Assembly (NCBI GenBank): GCA_963729895.1 | Contig: CAVSQB010000015.1 | Location: 8,549-72,548, forward strand | Direction: 5' to 3' | DNA length: 64,000 nucleotides | DNA from: an uncultured Fibrobacterota bacterium | Lineage (GTDB): Bacteria > Fibrobacterota > Chitinivibrionia > Chitinivibrionales > FEN-1185 | Part shown: piece by piece, positions 1 through 10,007 of the stretch | Layout: every line of letters starts with the position of its first letter | Numbering within the stretch: position 1 is the stretch's first letter | Translations under genes and position numbers: made by a program | Notes under the pieces: generated by a model | Seen by the model: only the letters and a program-made list of their open reading frames with translations | Told to the model about the DNA's origin: nothing | The model's database searches: none

Positions 1-109
1 CCACGAAGGACGTGCGGGCCGGAACGAATCAATTTTTGAATTTTCGTCAAGCATCAACTATTTTTTCACCCTTACCGGTTTCATCTTCAGCATAAAGGAG
101 CCTTTTCTC

Positions 110-1540
110 ATGGCACGTCAAGTTACCATCTGGGAAAACCTTCCCTATCAGGTCGCGGATATGGGTTTGGCCGACTGGGGACGCAAGGAAATGGATATCG
201 CGGAAAAGGAAATGCCCGGCCTCATGGCCGTGCGCGAAAAATATGCGGTCGAACAGCCCCTCAAGGGCGTGCGCATTTCCGGATCGCTTCACATGACCAT
301 CCAGACCGCGGTGCTCATAGAGACGCTCATCAAGCTCGGCGCAACCGTGCGCTGGGCCTCGTGTAATATCTTTTCAACACAGGACCACGCGGCCGCGGCT
401 GTTGCAAAAGCGGGCGTCCCGGTGTTCGCCTGGAAAGGCGAATCGCTCGAAGAGTACTGGGCATGCACGTTTCAGGCCCTCACGTTTTCCGGCAACAAGG
501 GACCGGAGCTCATCGTTGACGACGGCGGGGACGCAACGCTTCTCATTCACAAAGGATACGAACTCGAAAACGGCGACACGTGGATCAATTCCGCTTCTGC
601 AAGCCACGAAGAAGGCGTTATCAAGGACCTTCTGAGAAACGTGCACCAGAAGAGGCCCAATCACTGGCACGACGTCGTGAAGGAATGGAAGGGCGTGTCG
701 GAAGAGACCACCACCGGCGTGCACCGGTTGTACCAGATGGAGCAGGGGCGCAGGCTTCTGGTCCCGGCAATCAACGTGAACGACTCGGTGACAAAATCGA
801 AATTCGACAATATCTACGGCTGCAGGCATTCCCTCGCGGACGGGATCCTGCGCGCCATGGACGTGATGCTCGCAGGCAAGATCGCGGTGATTTGCGGCTA
901 CGGCGATGTGGGCAAAGGCTCGGCCGAATCGCTGTCGGGCCAGAAGGCGCAGGTGTGGATCACGGAAATCGACCCGATTTGCGCCCTGCAGGCAGCCATG
1001 GCCGGGTACAAGGTCACCACGGTCGAAGACGCTCTCCCTTTTGCCAATATATACGTGACAACAACGGGCAACTGCGAAATCATCACGATAGACCATATGG
1101 CAAAAATGCGAGACCAGTCGATTGTGTGCAATATCGGCCACTTCGACAACGAGATCCAGGTGGACAAGCTGAACAATTACCCGAACATCAAGCGCGTCAC
1201 CATCAAACCGCAGGTTGACAAGTACATATTCCCCGACGGCCACTGCATTTACCTGCTTGCCGAAGGCCGGCTCGTGAACCTCGGCTGCGCAACCGGCCAC
1301 CCCAGTTTCGTGATGTCCAATTCGTTCACAAACCAGACCCTTGCCCAGATCGACTTGTGGAAGAACAAGGGCGTCTATGCGCCGGGCGTCTACCGGCTTC
1401 CCAAGAAACTCGATGAAGAAGTGGCGAGGCTGCACCTGGAAAAAATCGGCGTGAAGCTGACGAAACTGAGCAAGAAGCAGGCTGAGTACATCGGGGTTCC
1501 TGTGGACGGGCCATACAAGCCCGAGCACTACAGGTACTGA
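110..1540 (+). CDS. ahcY: S-adenosyl-L-homocysteine hydrolase (adenosylhomocysteinase)
   Basis: 476-aa ORF with AAGGAG about 9 nt upstream of the ATG. Full-length family resemblance, including the NAD-binding GYGDVGKG motif and the C-terminal [10 protein letters not shown] tail. Confidence 0.95.
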   Translation: MARQVTIWENLPYQVADMGLADWGRKEMDIAEKEMPGLMAVREKYAVEQPLKGVRISGSLHMTIQTAVLIETLIKLGATVRWASCNIFSTQDHAAAAVAKAGVPVFAWKGESLEEYWACTFQALTFSGNKGPELIVDDGGDATLLIHKGYELENGDTWINSASASHEEGVIKDLLRNVHQKRPNHWHDVVKEWKGVSEETTTGVHRLYQMEQGRRLLVPAINVNDSVTKSKFDNIYGCRHSLADGILRAMDVMLAGKIAVICGYGDVGKGSAESLSGQKAQVWITEIDPICALQAAMAGYKVTTVEDALPFANIYVTTTGNCEIITIDHMAKMRDQSIVCNIGHFDNEIQVDKLNNYPNIKRVTIKPQVDKYIFPDGHCIYLLAEGRLVNLGCATGHPSFVMSNSFTNQTLAQIDLWKNKGVYAPGVYRLPKKLDEEVARLHLEKIGVKLTKLSKKQAEYIGVPVDGPYKPEHYRY

Positions 1541-1542
1541 GA

Positions 1543-2367
1543 ATGTCCCATTGCCTCTCCCCCGCAGCGGAAAAGATTCTCGACAACAAATTCAAGGTCC
1601 TCGACAAGGGTTTTGTCCGGCTCATCGACTACCTGGGCGACGATTCGCGCATCGTTGCGGCGGCGCGGGTCTCCTACGGAAAAGGCACCAGGACGTTCCG
1701 GGAAGACAAGGGACTCATCAACTATCTCCTTCGCAACGACCACACCTCACCGTTCGAGCAGGTGGTGTTTACCTTTCATGTCAAGCTGCCCATCTTTGTG
1801 GCCCGGCAGTGGATACGGCACCGCACCGCGCGGCTCAACGAAATCTCGGCAAGGTACAGCGTGATGAAATCCGAGTTTTATCTTCCGTCAAGAGCCGGCA
1901 TCGCCTTTCAGAGCGAAAACAATAAGCAGGGCCGCGCTGCAACCGCGGTCCCTGCAGGGCTGCAGAAGAAGGTTCTGGCGATCCTCGAAAAGTACCAGAC
2001 CGAGCTGTATGGCGCATACGAACACCTGCTCGAAAACAACATCGCCCGGGAGCTCGCGCGAATCAACCTGCCGCTGTCGCTCTACACGGAATGGTACTGG
2101 CAGATAGACCTGCACAACCTGTTCCGCTTTCTCAAGCTGAGGCTCGACGCGCATGCGCAATTGGAAATCCGCGCCTATGCCGCGGCCTTGCACGCACTCG
2201 GCACGAAAGTGTGCCCCATCGCGTTTGAGGCGTTCGACGAGCATGTTTTGCATGGGGAAAGGTTTTCAAGGACCGAGATGTCGGCGTTGAGGAACTTGCT
2301 TAAAGGGAAAGCTTCCGGGCTTGAGGGCAAGGCGCAGGAAAGGTTGTTGGCAAAGATCGGGGGATGA
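1543..2367 (+). CDS. thyX: Flavin-dependent thymidylate synthase ThyX
   Basis: ThyX signature RHRTARLNEISARYS (RHR..S....S.RY). The ATG lies 3 nt after the ahcY stop. Confidence 0.9.
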   Translation: MSHCLSPAAEKILDNKFKVLDKGFVRLIDYLGDDSRIVAAARVSYGKGTRTFREDKGLINYLLRNDHTSPFEQVVFTFHVKLPIFVARQWIRHRTARLNEISARYSVMKSEFYLPSRAGIAFQSENNKQGRAATAVPAGLQKKVLAILEKYQTELYGAYEHLLENNIARELARINLPLSLYTEWYWQIDLHNLFRFLKLRLDAHAQLEIRAYAAALHALGTKVCPIAFEAFDEHVLHGERFSRTEMSALRNLLKGKASGLEGKAQERLLAKIGG

Positions 2368-2469
2368 GTTTAGGGATTTGTTGATCGAAGTTCCTCCGCT
2401 GCAGGCCTTTCGACCTTGCGCCGATTGTCGTTCCAAGCGCTGCGGATGTATCTTCCCCTCATGCCCGTC

Positions 2470-3291
2470 ATGAATCCTTCTTATATTTCCGCCTCCCGCC
2501 GCACCGATATCCCCCGTTTTTTTCTCGACGAATTCTTTTCCGCATGGCAAGCGGGCTCGATTTCCTACAATGCCGGATACGGGCGAACATACACGGTTTC
2601 GCTTCGCCGGCAAGACGTTCTCGGCTACATCTTCTGGTCCAAAGATTTCTCACGCCTCATCGGTCATCCTTTGTTCGGAGAACTGCTCGCGGCGAACAAT
2701 GCGATTTTCCATTACACCATCAACGACTGTCCGGACCTGGAACCGAATGTTGCCCCGCTTGTCGAGCGCCTTGAATCTCTGTATCGGCTCTGCGACCTCG
2801 TGGGTTCTTCGCGGGTGTTGTGGAGGTTTGATCCGATTTGCAAATACAGGAAGAAAGACGGCAGTATCGTCACAAACTTTTCCGCCTTCTATGCCATAGT
2901 GTCCCATGTCGAAAAAGCCGGTGTGAAACGGTGTTACTTCTCATTCATGAACAGGTATGCAAAGTTGAAAAGAAGGGACGTCTTGTTCGAAGATTTTGAC
3001 GAACAGGAAAGGGCGTCTCTGGGAAGAGAACTGCTGAATGCAACTGCACAGGCAGGCATGCAGCTTTACAACTGCTGCAACCGGGAAGTCCTTCGCCTCG
3101 TGCCCGGGATCCGCCCGGCTCACTGCATAGACGAGGAATTCCTCCGGGAAACGGACCGGTTCGGCGTGCATCCGAAGCTCTTATTGAAACCGACGCGCGA
3201 GGGCTGCGGCTGCTATGAAAGCCGCGACATCGGGTCGTATCTGCGGAAATGCCTGCACCGGTGCACATACTGTTACGCGAATCCGGGGTAA
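2470..3291 (+). CDS. DUF1848 family protein (Cys-cluster protein of unknown function)
   Basis: N-terminal ISASRRTDIPRFF and C-terminal Cys cluster (EGCGCYESRDIGSY..C.HRCTYCYA), as I remember for DUF1848. The ORF-track start at 2416 is TTG. ATG 2470 gives the family-typical N-terminus, but the start remains uncertain. Confidence 0.7.
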   Translation: MNPSYISASRRTDIPRFFLDEFFSAWQAGSISYNAGYGRTYTVSLRRQDVLGYIFWSKDFSRLIGHPLFGELLAANNAIFHYTINDCPDLEPNVAPLVERLESLYRLCDLVGSSRVLWRFDPICKYRKKDGSIVTNFSAFYAIVSHVEKAGVKRCYFSFMNRYAKLKRRDVLFEDFDEQERASLGRELLNATAQAGMQLYNCCNREVLRLVPGIRPAHCIDEEFLRETDRFGVHPKLLLKPTREGCGCYESRDIGSYLRKCLHRCTYCYANPG

Positions 3292-3311
3292 GGCGGTATG
3301 ACGAATTCCGA

Positions 3312-3527
3312 TCAGCTATGCTTTCTTTGCTCCTGCGCTTTCCGATCGAGGTACTCTTTGCCCAAAAGAAAACCGAGGAAGAGAATGGCTGCCGTGCCGA
3401 TCCTCCTGTTGAGCACAAAACGGAACAAGCCGAATCCCGATCCGAACACGAGCCTGAAAAGCGAAAGGGCTGCGCCAATGGCTTTCCACAGGATCCAGAA
3501 CGGCAGGATGATGATTTTTCCGATCAT
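3312..3527 (-). CDS. Small two-TM membrane protein (hypothetical)
   Basis: 71-aa ORF with two hydrophobic helices. A strong AAGGAGG lies 5 nt upstream of the ATG. It sits just downstream of the cyclase on the same strand. Confidence 0.5.
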   Translation of the reverse strand: MIGKIIILPFWILWKAIGAALSLFRLVFGSGFGLFRFVLNRRIGTAAILFLGFLLGKEYLDRKAQEQRKHS

Positions 3528-3596
3528 AACGACCTCCTTGGTTCATTTGCACAAAAGGAATACGGGCAATGGCAATGGTTGATTGCGTGCTATTCG

Positions 3597-6515
3597 CTAC
3601 TTTAACGTCAGCCTGTTGACCCCGTCCCAGTCCGGGCCGGGCGGTTCGATCTCATACTTCCGGCACATGCCGATAATTTCCCTGCTCGGTGTTGTCTTTG
3701 CAAAGGCGCGGTACGGCTCCAGTTTGTCAGCCTCGGCAAGAATGCCGATGGCCGTGTCCCATTCCTGCTTGCAAAAGCTCGCCAATCCCCGGGAATACAG
3801 GTCCCGCATCGCCAAAAGTTCAGGAGAAAGCTTTCCCTTTTCGGCCATCAGTTCATAAACTACAACGGGCTCGGATTTTCCCACAACCGTTATCGTGCCG
3901 AGCCGGCGAACCTCGAAAGAGTCTTTCACCATATCATAGGTAAACTGGCTGATCATGATGTACACGCCGTATTGCTTTGCCGCGCTTTCGAGCCGCGCCG
4001 CGAGGTTGACGGTGTCGCCCATCATGGTGTAATTCATGCGGGTTTTGGAGCCCATGTTGCCCGTGACAATGGGTCCGCTGTTGATCCCGATACGCATGCG
4101 CATCTCGTGTACGATGGCGGGCCACTTGTCGCCTTCGGAAATCCATTTCTTCCGCAGGACGGCAAGCCTGTTCTGCATGTCGAGGGCGGTGAGGCATGCC
4201 TGCTTCGCGTGGTCTCGCATGGGCATAGGCGCGCCGAAAAATGCGATGATCGCGTCGCCTTCGTATTTGTCAAGCGTGCCGTAGTGCGACAGGAGCGTGT
4301 CGGTCATGGCGGTAAGGTATTCGTTGAGCAGTTCCACCAGCCGCGTCGGCGAGCCGAGCTTTTCCGAAAAAGTGGAGAAGCCCTGGATGTCGGTGAAGTA
4401 GGCGGTGCGGACGCCTTCGTCGCCCCCGAGTTTCGGCTGCTGCTTCGAATCGTACATCATGTCGATGAGGTCGGGCGACAGGTACTGTTTGAACGTGTTC
4501 TGCAGGAACTTGCGATCTTTCTCCTCAGTCATATACCTGAACGCCATCACCGCGGTAAACGTGATGACAATGGCAAGAATGGGCCGTGCAATCTCGATCC
4601 AGGTGTGGCTGCCGCCGAACGCGGCCATTGCGATAAGGAAATACGCGAACACGGCAATGCCGCTGAGTATGGAGCCCCACAGGGGCTTCACGAAGAACGA
4701 CATGAAGCCTATGATGATGGCCGTACACAGCAGGATGAGAAAATCCTGCCAGGGCGGCAGCCGGGTCACGAACGTATTTGTCATAAAGGAATTGATGAGC
4801 GAGGCGTGCACTTCTACACCGGGATACGGGTTGTCGACGGGCGTCGAAACCTGGTCGAACAAGCCCTGCACGGTTGACCCGACGAGAAAGATCTTTCCGT
4901 CGAGCCTTCCCTGCACCACGTCCTTCATGATTTTGCAATAACTGTAATAGGTGAACGTTTTGGCTTTGGGGCCAAAGTAGGTGACGATGTGCAAATTGTC
5001 TTTGCTGAGAGGAATTCGAACCCGCCTGCCGAAATCCATGTGCATTCCCGGACCCAGGCTTTCAATCGGTTTCCACCCGGTCTTGCACAGGTCATTGAGC
5101 ACCGACGCGTTCATGACCGGCAGCGACGACGTTATGACGCCGTCATGATTCCTCACCTCGAATTCGTAGAACAGAAGCCTGGTTTCGCCCGGTTTCAGCG
5201 TGTCAAAATCGGCTCGGGTGAGACGGCCAAAGGTCTCGAGTTGAATTTCCGACATGTACCATTCGCCGTCGCCGTCCGGCGCGGTAAGCGTCCACATAGC
5301 GTCGGAAGATCTCTTGACGGCGATGGAAGGTCCGAGGGCGAGCGAATCGCCTTTTCGAAGGCCTCTTATGCTGTTTATGTCTGCGGCATGCAGGGCGCCG
5401 GTAACGGTGGCCGGCAGCAGTCCGCAATACATGTTGACAACTGCGCTGCCTGCCGAATCCCTGCCGACCTTGAGCATGGAGGCGACCTCGACCGTGGTCC
5501 CGGGCCTGCAGTTCATGATGGCATCTCTTTTGTCAATTATTGCCTTCACCATCTTGGCGCTCACCTTCGGGTAGGAGAACCGCAGGCCGCCGGTTGAGTC
5601 CTTAAAGGCCTTGAACGGCCTGCCGATGTCGATATACCTGCCCGGCTCGAACACGATCTCCCGGTTGGGCGTTCCAAACAGGGTCGCCGCAACCCGCACG
5701 CTTATGGGCAGGTACACGGGGGCGCTGTCGCCGAACCCGCAGAGCAGCGGGATCTCACGGATCACGCCGTCGGGGTTGGGGGGAATGTTGACAAATCCGA
5801 TGTCCCGGGCCGCCGAGGCGAGCCCGGGGAACGTTCCATCGAGGACCGATTTCCTGACGGGAACCAGCTTCCGTTTTGCGGGCGGCAGCACCAGGGCCGA
5901 CGACGGATGGAGCGAATCGTGCCACGCCATGGCCATTCTCGGCTCGAGCTGCGACCGGGCGTACTCGGGATAATCCGCTTTGTCAGCCATCATGACCGCA
6001 TGGAACACGGTGCCCGCTTCCTTTGTCGCGGCAATAAACTGCTCGTCGTAATCGATGCTGGAAATGAGCGGTTTGTAAATGCCGGGAGGAATAGTGAATC
6101 CCTTGTGTCCGGCCGCGCACTGTTTCACAAGCGCGTCGAACCGCGTTGCGTAGGCGCTGTCCTCAGGGTCAAAAAACAGTATGTCGAAAACCACCGCGGC
6201 GGGATCGTGTTTTGCAAGAGATCTGAGCATCCGGGCATGGAACGAACGGTCCCAGTTCCAGTATTTCCCGAGCTCATGCTGGCTCTTTTCGTCAATATTA
6301 ATAATATAAATGCCGTTGTCGTCGCCCTCCGCCGCAGCGGTATCCTTGCCGGCCGCAATGTCCTGGTAGGCCCACCGGTACCGCATGTAATACGTCTGGT
6401 TCTCAAGCTCGTCGATGAGGTCCTTGAGAACAAAGTTGGTTGCCAGCGCCACAACCATGCCCATGGCCGATCCGATCAACAGGCTTTTTCCTATTCTGGT
6501 GAGCCGTTTCATCAT
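3597..6515 (-). CDS. CHASE2-domain membrane adenylate/guanylate cyclase with C-terminal TPR-like tail
   Basis: 972 aa. Order: N-terminal TM, a large extracytoplasmic region, a cluster of TM helices, then a class III cyclase core (FTDIQGFSTFSEKLG, YEGDAIIAFFGAP, GINSGPIVTGNMG), followed by a helical tail of about 90 aa. Confidence 0.9.
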   Translation of the reverse strand: MMKRLTRIGKSLLIGSAMGMVVALATNFVLKDLIDELENQTYYMRYRWAYQDIAAGKDTAAAEGDDNGIYIINIDEKSQHELGKYWNWDRSFHARMLRSLAKHDPAAVVFDILFFDPEDSAYATRFDALVKQCAAGHKGFTIPPGIYKPLISSIDYDEQFIAATKEAGTVFHAVMMADKADYPEYARSQLEPRMAMAWHDSLHPSSALVLPPAKRKLVPVRKSVLDGTFPGLASAARDIGFVNIPPNPDGVIREIPLLCGFGDSAPVYLPISVRVAATLFGTPNREIVFEPGRYIDIGRPFKAFKDSTGGLRFSYPKVSAKMVKAIIDKRDAIMNCRPGTTVEVASMLKVGRDSAGSAVVNMYCGLLPATVTGALHAADINSIRGLRKGDSLALGPSIAVKRSSDAMWTLTAPDGDGEWYMSEIQLETFGRLTRADFDTLKPGETRLLFYEFEVRNHDGVITSSLPVMNASVLNDLCKTGWKPIESLGPGMHMDFGRRVRIPLSKDNLHIVTYFGPKAKTFTYYSYCKIMKDVVQGRLDGKIFLVGSTVQGLFDQVSTPVDNPYPGVEVHASLINSFMTNTFVTRLPPWQDFLILLCTAIIIGFMSFFVKPLWGSILSGIAVFAYFLIAMAAFGGSHTWIEIARPILAIVITFTAVMAFRYMTEEKDRKFLQNTFKQYLSPDLIDMMYDSKQQPKLGGDEGVRTAYFTDIQGFSTFSEKLGSPTRLVELLNEYLTAMTDTLLSHYGTLDKYEGDAIIAFFGAPMPMRDHAKQACLTALDMQNRLAVLRKKWISEGDKWPAIVHEMRMRIGINSGPIVTGNMGSKTRMNYTMMGDTVNLAARLESAAKQYGVYIMISQFTYDMVKDSFEVRRLGTITVVGKSEPVVVYELMAEKGKLSPELLAMRDLYSRGLASFCKQEWDTAIGILAEADKLEPYRAFAKTTPSREIIGMCRKYEIEPPGPDWDGVNRLTLK

Positions 6516-6689
6516 CCGCTTCCGTGGGAAAAGGGCCGCTTTCTTGACTGAGGAGGATCACTGCCGCGTTTTGCGCCCGTGCACCGTTGCTGCCTGCTTC
6601 CGGATTACCTACCCATTATATAGAGGTTGACAGGAAAAAACAAGCGTCATCAACAAAGGGCGCCTGAGAGACTGTCATTCATTTATTTT

Positions 6690-7622
6690 ATGATTATGAA
6701 AGTCGGCCCCGCATGCCTTTCGTGTTTTATTGACGATATCGCCGGCGCGCTTGACATGCTTGATGTGCCGCCGAGGGCAAGGATGTCGGTGCTCCGTGAG
6801 TGCATGGCCTACCTTTACAAACACCTGGACGAAAACGCGCCTCCGTCGTATTTTATAACCCGGCTTCACAGGATTCTCAAGCGCACCATCGGGATGAAGA
6901 TGCCCTTTTCGAACCTGAGGCGGGCGTGCCTGAGGGCCGGTACGGAAATCGCGCGCACGGTTGAAAAACGGGCGGCGTCGCTGTCCGGGTACCGGCGGTT
7001 CAGGTTTCTTGCCCGCTGGGCGGTGGCTGCAAACAGCCTCGATTTCCGGACGGCGGGCGCGGGCTACGGCCTCACCACCGCCTCGGTGGAAAAAACGCTG
7101 CACGGCTCTTTCAGGAAGGGCCTCACGGTCGACCAATCGAAACAAATCCTTGCCGCCGCGAAGGCGGCGCGAACCATTGTTTACATTCCGGATAATGTCG
7201 GCGAGCTCCCGTTCGACAGGCTCCTCATCGGCCTGCTCTCGTCATACGGCGCTTCGGTGACCGTGCCCCTGCGGGGCGGCCCCATAACGAGCGACGCGGT
7301 GATGGCCGACGCGCGGGCGGCGGGCATCGGGGCCGTTTCGTCGCGGATGATTCTCTCTGGCCCCGACACGCTCGGCATTTCATTCGCCGAGATGAGCTCG
7401 GGCCTTTCCGCCGCCCTGTCCGCGGCGGATCTCATCATCGCAAAGGGCCAGGCCAACTACTACGTTCTGTCGGAATTCGGCGACCGTTTCCCGAACGCGG
7501 CGATTGCCTGTTTATTTACGGCAAAATGCGCCGGCGTATGGAAAGCTTTCGGTTGCACCGGCAAGGCGGCCATTGCCGCGATCATCAAGCAACCGGCACG
7601 AACCAGGAGCGTGCGCTCATGA
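6690..7622 (+). CDS. DUF89 / ARMT1-like damage-control phosphatase family protein
   Basis: C-terminal IIAKGQANYYVLSE resembles the DUF89 KGQGNYE motif. The N-terminus carries CLSCF. Start taken at ATG 6690 inside the ORF-track frame. The stop overlaps the next gene's ATG (ATGA). Confidence 0.65.
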   Translation: MIMKVGPACLSCFIDDIAGALDMLDVPPRARMSVLRECMAYLYKHLDENAPPSYFITRLHRILKRTIGMKMPFSNLRRACLRAGTEIARTVEKRAASLSGYRRFRFLARWAVAANSLDFRTAGAGYGLTTASVEKTLHGSFRKGLTVDQSKQILAAAKAARTIVYIPDNVGELPFDRLLIGLLSSYGASVTVPLRGGPITSDAVMADARAAGIGAVSSRMILSGPDTLGISFAEMSSGLSAALSAADLIIAKGQANYYVLSEFGDRFPNAAIACLFTAKCAGVWKAFGCTGKAAIAAIIKQPARTRSVRS

Positions 7623-8236
7623 AACCCTTTAATCTTGCCATCGCGCTCACGCTGTCACGAGTCGTCATCGCTCCCGTGTTCGGCTATTTCTTTGTGCGCA
7701 GCTTTCACGCGGCGTCGCCCGCGCTGTGGCTCTGGATTGCCGTTGGTCTTGCGGCATTAATCGAGCTGTCGGATGTACTCGACGGCCGGGTGGCGCGAGC
7801 CCGAAACCAGGTTTCCGATTTCGGCAAGCTGCTCGACCCCATGGCCGACAGCCTTTCGCGCCAGACCATTTTTCTCTCGTTTATGGTATGCGCGGACCGC
7901 ATCATTCCCCTGTGGATGTTCCTCTTGTTTTTGTACCGCGACGCGATTCTTTCCATCCTTCGCATCATGTGCGCGTACCACGGCACGGTGCTCGCCGCGC
8001 GGCGGGCAGGCAAGCTCAAGGCCGTTGTCCAGGCAGTGGGCGCGTTTACCGTTTTGGCCTTGTGCCTGGGCATTTCCTACAAGGTCCCCTGGGTCCCGCA
8101 CAGCGTGTGGGGCCGGCATCCGGGCTTCTGGATCATGCTCGTACCGGCAACGGTGACGGTCCTTTCGGTGTACGACTACGTCGTGTCAAACTGGCGCGTG
8201 GTAAAAGTGATGGCGGTTTCGCAACTCTTCAAGTGA
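7619..8236 (+). CDS. pgsA: CDP-alcohol phosphatidyltransferase (PgsA-like)
   Basis: Motif DVLDGRVARARNQVSDFGKLLDPMAD (D..DG..AR...G...D...D) and multiple TM helices. ATG 7619 overlaps the upstream stop. Confidence 0.85.
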   Translation: MKPFNLAIALTLSRVVIAPVFGYFFVRSFHAASPALWLWIAVGLAALIELSDVLDGRVARARNQVSDFGKLLDPMADSLSRQTIFLSFMVCADRIIPLWMFLLFLYRDAILSILRIMCAYHGTVLAARRAGKLKAVVQAVGAFTVLALCLGISYKVPWVPHSVWGRHPGFWIMLVPATVTVLSVYDYVVSNWRVVKVMAVSQLFK

Positions 8237-8254
8237 CCGGGAAACACGGAGATC

Positions 8255-8920
8255 ATGTCATCACCCATCATTCACATAGCGCCATCCATTCTTTCCGCTG
8301 ATTTCCGGCGCCTCGAACGGGAAGTGAAAGACGTCGAGGCAGCGGGGGCCGACCGTATTCATTGCGATGTGATGGACGGCCATTTGGTTCCGAACCTCAC
8401 CTTCGGCCCGTTCATTATTGAAACGGTGAGGAAATGCGTGTCGATTCCCCTCGACGTTCATCTCATGATAACCAATCCGCAGGACTATATCGCCGACTAC
8501 TGCAACGCAGGCGCGAACATTCTGCTGGTGCACGCGGAAGTGTGTCCCGATCTTCCCTCGGTGCTCGACCAGATCCGCACACGGCGTGTGCGGGCAGGCG
8601 CGGCCCTCAATCCCGACAAAGGTGTGGAACTGCTGGTGCCGCACCTTGCGCACATGGACCAGGTGCTCATCATGACGGTGTTCGCGGGGTTCGGCGGGCA
8701 GAAGTTCATGCCCGACATGGTCCCGAAGATAAGCGCGATCCGCGATGAAGCGGCGCGGCGCAGCCTCACGCTCGACATCGCGGTTGACGGCGGCATCAAT
8801 CACGAAACCGCACGGCTCTGTTTTGAAAACGGCGCCAACGTGTTCGTGGCGGGGAGTTACGTGTTCGGCGGCGCCAGATACAAAGACCGGATAGACGCAA
8901 TCCGGAATGCGGCGCGTTGA
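8255..8920 (+). CDS. rpe: Ribulose-phosphate 3-epimerase
   Basis: IAPSILSADF ... ADRIHCDVMDGHLVPNLTFG ... full-length Rpe pattern. Confidence 0.95.
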   Translation: MSSPIIHIAPSILSADFRRLEREVKDVEAAGADRIHCDVMDGHLVPNLTFGPFIIETVRKCVSIPLDVHLMITNPQDYIADYCNAGANILLVHAEVCPDLPSVLDQIRTRRVRAGAALNPDKGVELLVPHLAHMDQVLIMTVFAGFGGQKFMPDMVPKISAIRDEAARRSLTLDIAVDGGINHETARLCFENGANVFVAGSYVFGGARYKDRIDAIRNAAR

Positions 8921-8923
8921 CGC

Positions 8924-9991
8924 ATGCGCACCGGATCCTTCGTCAGCATCGTCTGCGCCGCGGCGCTGGTCGTTGCCGTCATGCCGAACTGCTCCCGGTA
9001 TCCGGTTTCCCCTGACGGCGGCACCGTCCTCGAACTCGAAACCGTGTGGCAGTATTTGCGGGTCTACTGCATCTGGCAGGACAGCATCCCCGTGGCGCCG
9101 GACCCGTTTGTTTTCTCTTCGCCGGAGCAATTATTCGCAAGTATCAACGACACGCTGCACGGCATTTCCTACACAAAATACGATTCGACGCACCTGCCGC
9201 TCAGCATGCAGGTTGCCGCGGTTTCCGCGGCGGCGCCCGACACCACCATCTATGTATTCCCCCTCACCGATTCCACGGTCCTTCTGCAGATCACCGAATT
9301 CAAGGACGACACCACCTACCCGGCTTTTGTAAACGCGCTCCACGTGATCGCGGCCTATCCGAAAATCATCATCGACCTGCGGGGCAACGGGGGCGGGTCG
9401 ATCAACGCCGTGGATTCGATCATCGAGTATTTCCTTCCTGTAAACACCGCCTTTATCAAGGCCAGGTACCGTGAGTACGACGATGCCGCCCGCACGGCGG
9501 CCACCGTCGATTGGGAGAACTGGACCACCAAGCACAGCCACACGCCCTCGCTTGTCAATGCGCAGCTGGCCGTGCTTGTCAACGGCGGAACCGCGAGCGC
9601 AGCGGAACTGCTCACGGCCGGGCTCAAGGACGGCCGGGCGGCCCAGGGCGGAGCCGACACGGCCACGCTTGTGGGAGAGACCACCTACGGCAAGGGAATG
9701 GGCCAGATCATCATTTCGCGCACCTACCTCGACAAAAGGGACATCATGATCACGTTCCTTCGCCTTCAGGGCGTAAGCGCCAGAATAGGCGTGTACCACA
9801 GAAGGGGAATTTTCCCTGATTTGCAGGTGGTAAACCCGGGGCCCCGCGTCGACGCGCAACTCGATTCCGCACTTCAGATACTCGAACCTTCCGCCAGGGT
9901 GCTCCCGCTTGCGGTCCCCGCAGCCAAACTCGTTTCGACGGACGCCGGAGCATACATCCGGGTCCTTGCGAATCAGGAATTCAAAAAATAG
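8924..9991 (+). CDS. S41-family (C-terminal processing type) peptidase, probable lipoprotein
   Basis: IIDLRGNGGGSINAVDSIIEYFL, GGTASAAELLTAGL and TYGKGMGQ motifs of the S41 family, with an N-terminal signal/lipobox-like region. Confidence 0.8.
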   Translation: MRTGSFVSIVCAAALVVAVMPNCSRYPVSPDGGTVLELETVWQYLRVYCIWQDSIPVAPDPFVFSSPEQLFASINDTLHGISYTKYDSTHLPLSMQVAAVSAAAPDTTIYVFPLTDSTVLLQITEFKDDTTYPAFVNALHVIAAYPKIIIDLRGNGGGSINAVDSIIEYFLPVNTAFIKARYREYDDAARTAATVDWENWTTKHSHTPSLVNAQLAVLVNGGTASAAELLTAGLKDGRAAQGGADTATLVGETTYGKGMGQIIISRTYLDKRDIMITFLRLQGVSARIGVYHRRGIFPDLQVVNPGPRVDAQLDSALQILEPSARVLPLAVPAAKLVSTDAGAYIRVLANQEFKK

Positions 9992-10007
9992 TAGATCAAG
10001 ATACGCG

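Noticed and set aside
374-1528. 384-aa antisense ORF across ahcY. Similar long shadow ORFs occur at 3972-4877, 8261-9130, 9131-9859, 15387-16484, 16588-17343, 18484-19368, 19772-20923, 26087-27898 (603 aa), 28186-29067, 29611-30426, 40374-41345, 49401-50024 and 58633-59580.
   Set aside because: Each lies opposite a gene with clear family motifs. They have Arg/Gly/Pro/His-rich low-complexity composition typical of GC-rich antisense frames, and they lack an SD and any domain logic.
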